From assembly GCF_963921235.1 (NCBI RefSeq), contig NC_086097.1, positions 159,900,001-159,964,000 on the forward strand: a stretch of DNA of 64,000 nt. Direction: 5' to 3'. Position 1 is the stretch's first letter, and every line of letters starts with the position of its first letter. Below are positions 60,971 to 64,000 of the stretch, piece after piece. The position numbers and the translations under genes are program-made. The DNA is from Mobula hypostoma (Eukaryota). The notes beneath the pieces are model-generated. The model had not been told where the DNA came from, searched no databases, and saw only the letters and a list, made by a program, of their open reading frames with translations.

Positions 60971-61826
60971 TCCATGTAGTTTTTTATCCCCAATAAGACT
61001 AAATATACTTATGTATGTTGGTGCTGAATATACAAAGTCCTATAGATCATTTTTTGACCCTTTTTTGTGACTAAAACTTATTCTAAATCAAATAAGAATG
61101 CTTCGAAGCCTATTTTAGATCTACTGTGCTCAATGTAAACTGAAATTCTAGTCTATTAATAGAGGATATTCTGGGATGTGGAAAAGTTCAAGTTTAATTG
61201 TCATTCAACTATATATGAATACCCATGAATACAATCAGTCGAAACAGAGGTCAAGGTGCAAAACACAGTACCAACAGTCATACACAGAGCAAGGCACATA
61301 CAGCAAAAATATGATTGCAGTAATCATACAGACATAAAATAATAATAATAATAATAATAATAGTATAGCCCAAGTGCTTGAGTGTCATGTCCTAAAGTTT
61401 GATGGTGCATGGGATGTTGTTGGCAAGAACAAGCCCGCAACAGTCTGATCATCACATGCTAGTGCAGCCGCAGACAAATGCAATCCAGCTTGTTTTCTAT
61501 CAAACACTGGGTAGGCAGCGCCAAAGGGAGTGGCCAGATCCCAGCCCAGCATGGGCACATGTTGCACCACACTGCCTCTGGCATATCCTCCTCTGGGAGG
61601 CTGCAACAGATGACCTTACATCATGAGCACATGGTCTGTGCAACAACTGAGGCCACTTAGCTGTCCTGCCATTGGTCTCACCAATGAACCAGTGAACCAG
61701 ACTTGCAGTATTCTACATGACCAATATCCAACAAGTTCTTACAATCACAAGAAAAATGTCCAAGAAACATACATCAAAGTTGCTGGTGAACGCAGCAGGC
61801 CAGGCAGCATCTATAGGAAGAGGCAC

Positions 61827-61862
61827 AGTCGACGTTTCAGGCCGAGACCCTTCGTCAGGACT
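61827..61862 (-). ncRNA. Minimal hammerhead ribozyme, core intact
   Basis: Identical 36-mer to 2425-2460. Confidence 0.85.
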
Positions 61863-61998
61863 AACTGAAGGAAGAGTGAGTAAGGGATTTGAAAGCTGGA
61901 GGGGGAGGGGGAGATGCAAAATGATAGGAGAAGACAGGAGGGGGAGGGATAGAGCCGAGAGCTGGACAGGTGATAGGCAAAAGGGGATACGAGAGGAT

Positions 61999-62781
61999 CA
62001 TAGAAACATAGAAACATAGAAACATAGAAAATAGGTGCAGGAGTAGGCCATTCGGCCCTTCGAGCCTGCACCGCCATTTATTATGATCATGGCTGATCAT
62101 CCAACTCAGAACCCAGCCTTCCCTCCATACCCCGTGACCCCTGTAGCCACAAGGGCCATATCTAACTTCCTTTTAAACATAGCTAATGAACTGGCCTCAA
62201 CAGTTTGCTGTGGCAGAGAATTCCACAGATTCACCACTCTCTGTGTGAAGAAGTTTTTCCTAACCTCGGTCCTAAAAGGCTTCCCCTCTATCCTCAAACT
62301 GTGACCCCTCGTTCTAGACCTCCCCAACATCGGGAACAATCTTCCCGCATCTAGCCTGTCCAATCCCTTTAGGATCTTATACGTTTCAATCAGATCCCCC
62401 CTCAATCTTCTAAATTCCAACGAGTACAAGCCCAGTTCATCCAGTCTTTCTTCATATGAAAGACCTGCCATCCCAGGAATCAATCTGGTGAACCTTCTTT
62501 GTACTCCCTCTATGGCAAGGATGTCTTTCCTCAGATTAGGGGACCAAAACTGCACACAATACTCCAGGTGTGGTCTCACCAAGGCCTTGTACAACTGCAG
62601 TAGTACCTCCCTGCTCCTGTACTCGAATCCTCTCGCTATAAATGCCAGCATACCGTTCGCCTTTTTCACCGCCTGCTGTACCTGCATGCCCACTTTCAAT
62701 GACTGGTGTATAATGACACCCAGGTCTCGTTGCACCTCCCCTTTTCCTAATCGGCCACCATTCAGATAATAATCTGTTTCC
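61999..62781 (-). mobile_element. Young short CR1 3' fragment, same family as 24068 and 31435
   Basis: (CATAGAAA)4 tail and an open C-terminal ORF2 frame TDYYLNGG...GYGGKAGF. Confidence 0.95.
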
Positions 62782-64000
62782 CAGGAGGTCCGGGAAGAAA
62801 GACAAGGGGGGGGTGACCCAGAGGACGGGCAAGAGGTATATTCAGAGGGACAGAGGGAGAAAAAGGAGAGTGAGAGAAAGAATGTGTGCATTTTTTGAAG
62901 CTCGCACCACATCTGCACACTACCTCTGATGCCTTCCTGTAGTAGTGGGCAACACGGTAGGGAACAAGTCCAGCTCTACCACAATCGAGATCTGTAGTAC
63001 TTAATATCCAGCACTGTCTTGGGATTGTAAAAAAAATGATGTAAAGGATGGGCAATTACTCCTTAGTTTGGACCCAGGGAGTGATTGAACATATCTCCTT
63101 CTTAACAGACCATTGGAAAAAGCAGTGCTGATAAGTATGTTAAAACAATGCTTTATCTGTACCTGCTCCTGTAGCTGTTATAAAATAACACAGTTTTTTT
63201 TGTGCATTGACAAAGCAGATTAGTTATTCAGTCATTTCATTGTTTATTGATAGGATTTTCCAGATGAAAAAAACAGCTACCTCAATAGCCATTGTATAAG
63301 GTATTAGTAAATTGTGTGTGAAGTGCTTGGGGAGTTTCTGAGAGGTGTGATAATGCACTGCAGAAACACAAGTCTTTCAGTGTTGCTTCCTGACATGGTT
63401 CCAGTTTGATGCTTACTGCCTACTCATAATGCAAAAGCTGCCTGTTCCCTGTAAGTACATTGCATGCTACATTCTAGAGCAAATCCATCCATTAGGGCCT
63501 GCTGATCCCCAGATCCCTATGTTCAAATTCATTTATTAAAAGTTGCATATTAAGCAATTAAATAATCTTCAATAGAAAGTTGTTCCATTTCCCTAAGAAC
63601 AATGTGTTCAGTCAACCCACCTCACCCCCAGCACCCCCAGTGCATCATTGTTTAATGTTGTGTTGTTCCTCCCCCCCACACCCTCTTTTTTTCTGATCTT
63701 TTCACTCAATCATCAGGAAACCGGAAAACTGAATTGCTTCTTCAGCACTTGACCGTTCATCAAAGCATTTAATTAGAGCTGAAGAAAGACGGTCTGGAAC
63801 CATGGATTAAACCATATGTAGTAATTACTTCTTTTTTGTTTAATAAGCTAAAAAGTAAATTTGTCTTTTATTTTGCAGTTTATTTGGAGAGATTACAGTT
63901 TAGATATACAGTCAAAGCCTGTACATATCAGAAAGCAATAGCTTGACTGAATAGTTGTGAAAACAGAATTGTGTGTTTAGCTCTGATAACAGTACGTTTT

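Larger units (their letters stand above)
61761..62890 (-). mobile_element. Penelope 3' terminal fragment (same family as 2361-2715), split by a CR1
   Basis: 61761-62001 and 62782-62890 align consecutively with about 2361-2599 and 2604-2716. Confidence 0.92.

Noticed and set aside
62106..62918. 270-aa ORF as a novel fusion protein
   Set aside because: Chance read-through from Penelope non-coding sequence into a truncated CR1 ORF2.
63855..63900. Splice acceptor-like tract (tttgtctttttattttgcag)
   Set aside because: No supportable downstream exon before the window ends.

Overview
Eukaryotic, repeat-dense genomic DNA with no recognisable host gene. It is most likely intronic or intergenic sequence of a cartilaginous fish (inferred from HE1/V-SINE-like SINEs and abundant CR1, Rex1-like and Neptune/Penelope repeats). 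Almost every long ORF is transposon-derived. Main contents: (1) a decayed CsRn1-clade Gypsy provirus (13592-17697) with a tRNA-Trp PBS, a CHCC gag motif and an intact G GGA AAC -1 frameshift cassette; (2) a very young Gmr1-like Gypsy provirus (54320-59276, minus strand) with near-identical LTRs and one uninterrupted 975-aa ORF that keeps Gag/SCAN/protease but only non-catalytic scraps of integrase and RT, plus a related solo LTR; (3) three young copies of one CR1 family and many old ones; (4) several Rex1/Babar-like LINEs; (5) Penelope-like (RT + GIY-YIG) elements whose ends carry minimal hammerhead ribozymes, including three short TSD-flanked ribozyme-only inserts; (6) a TSD-flanked bipartite RTE derivative; (7) mariner, Tc1 and Harbinger MITEs. 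Nesting of elements is extensive. All calls are by-eye motif and alignment reading, with no database searches. Boundaries of old fragments are approximate.
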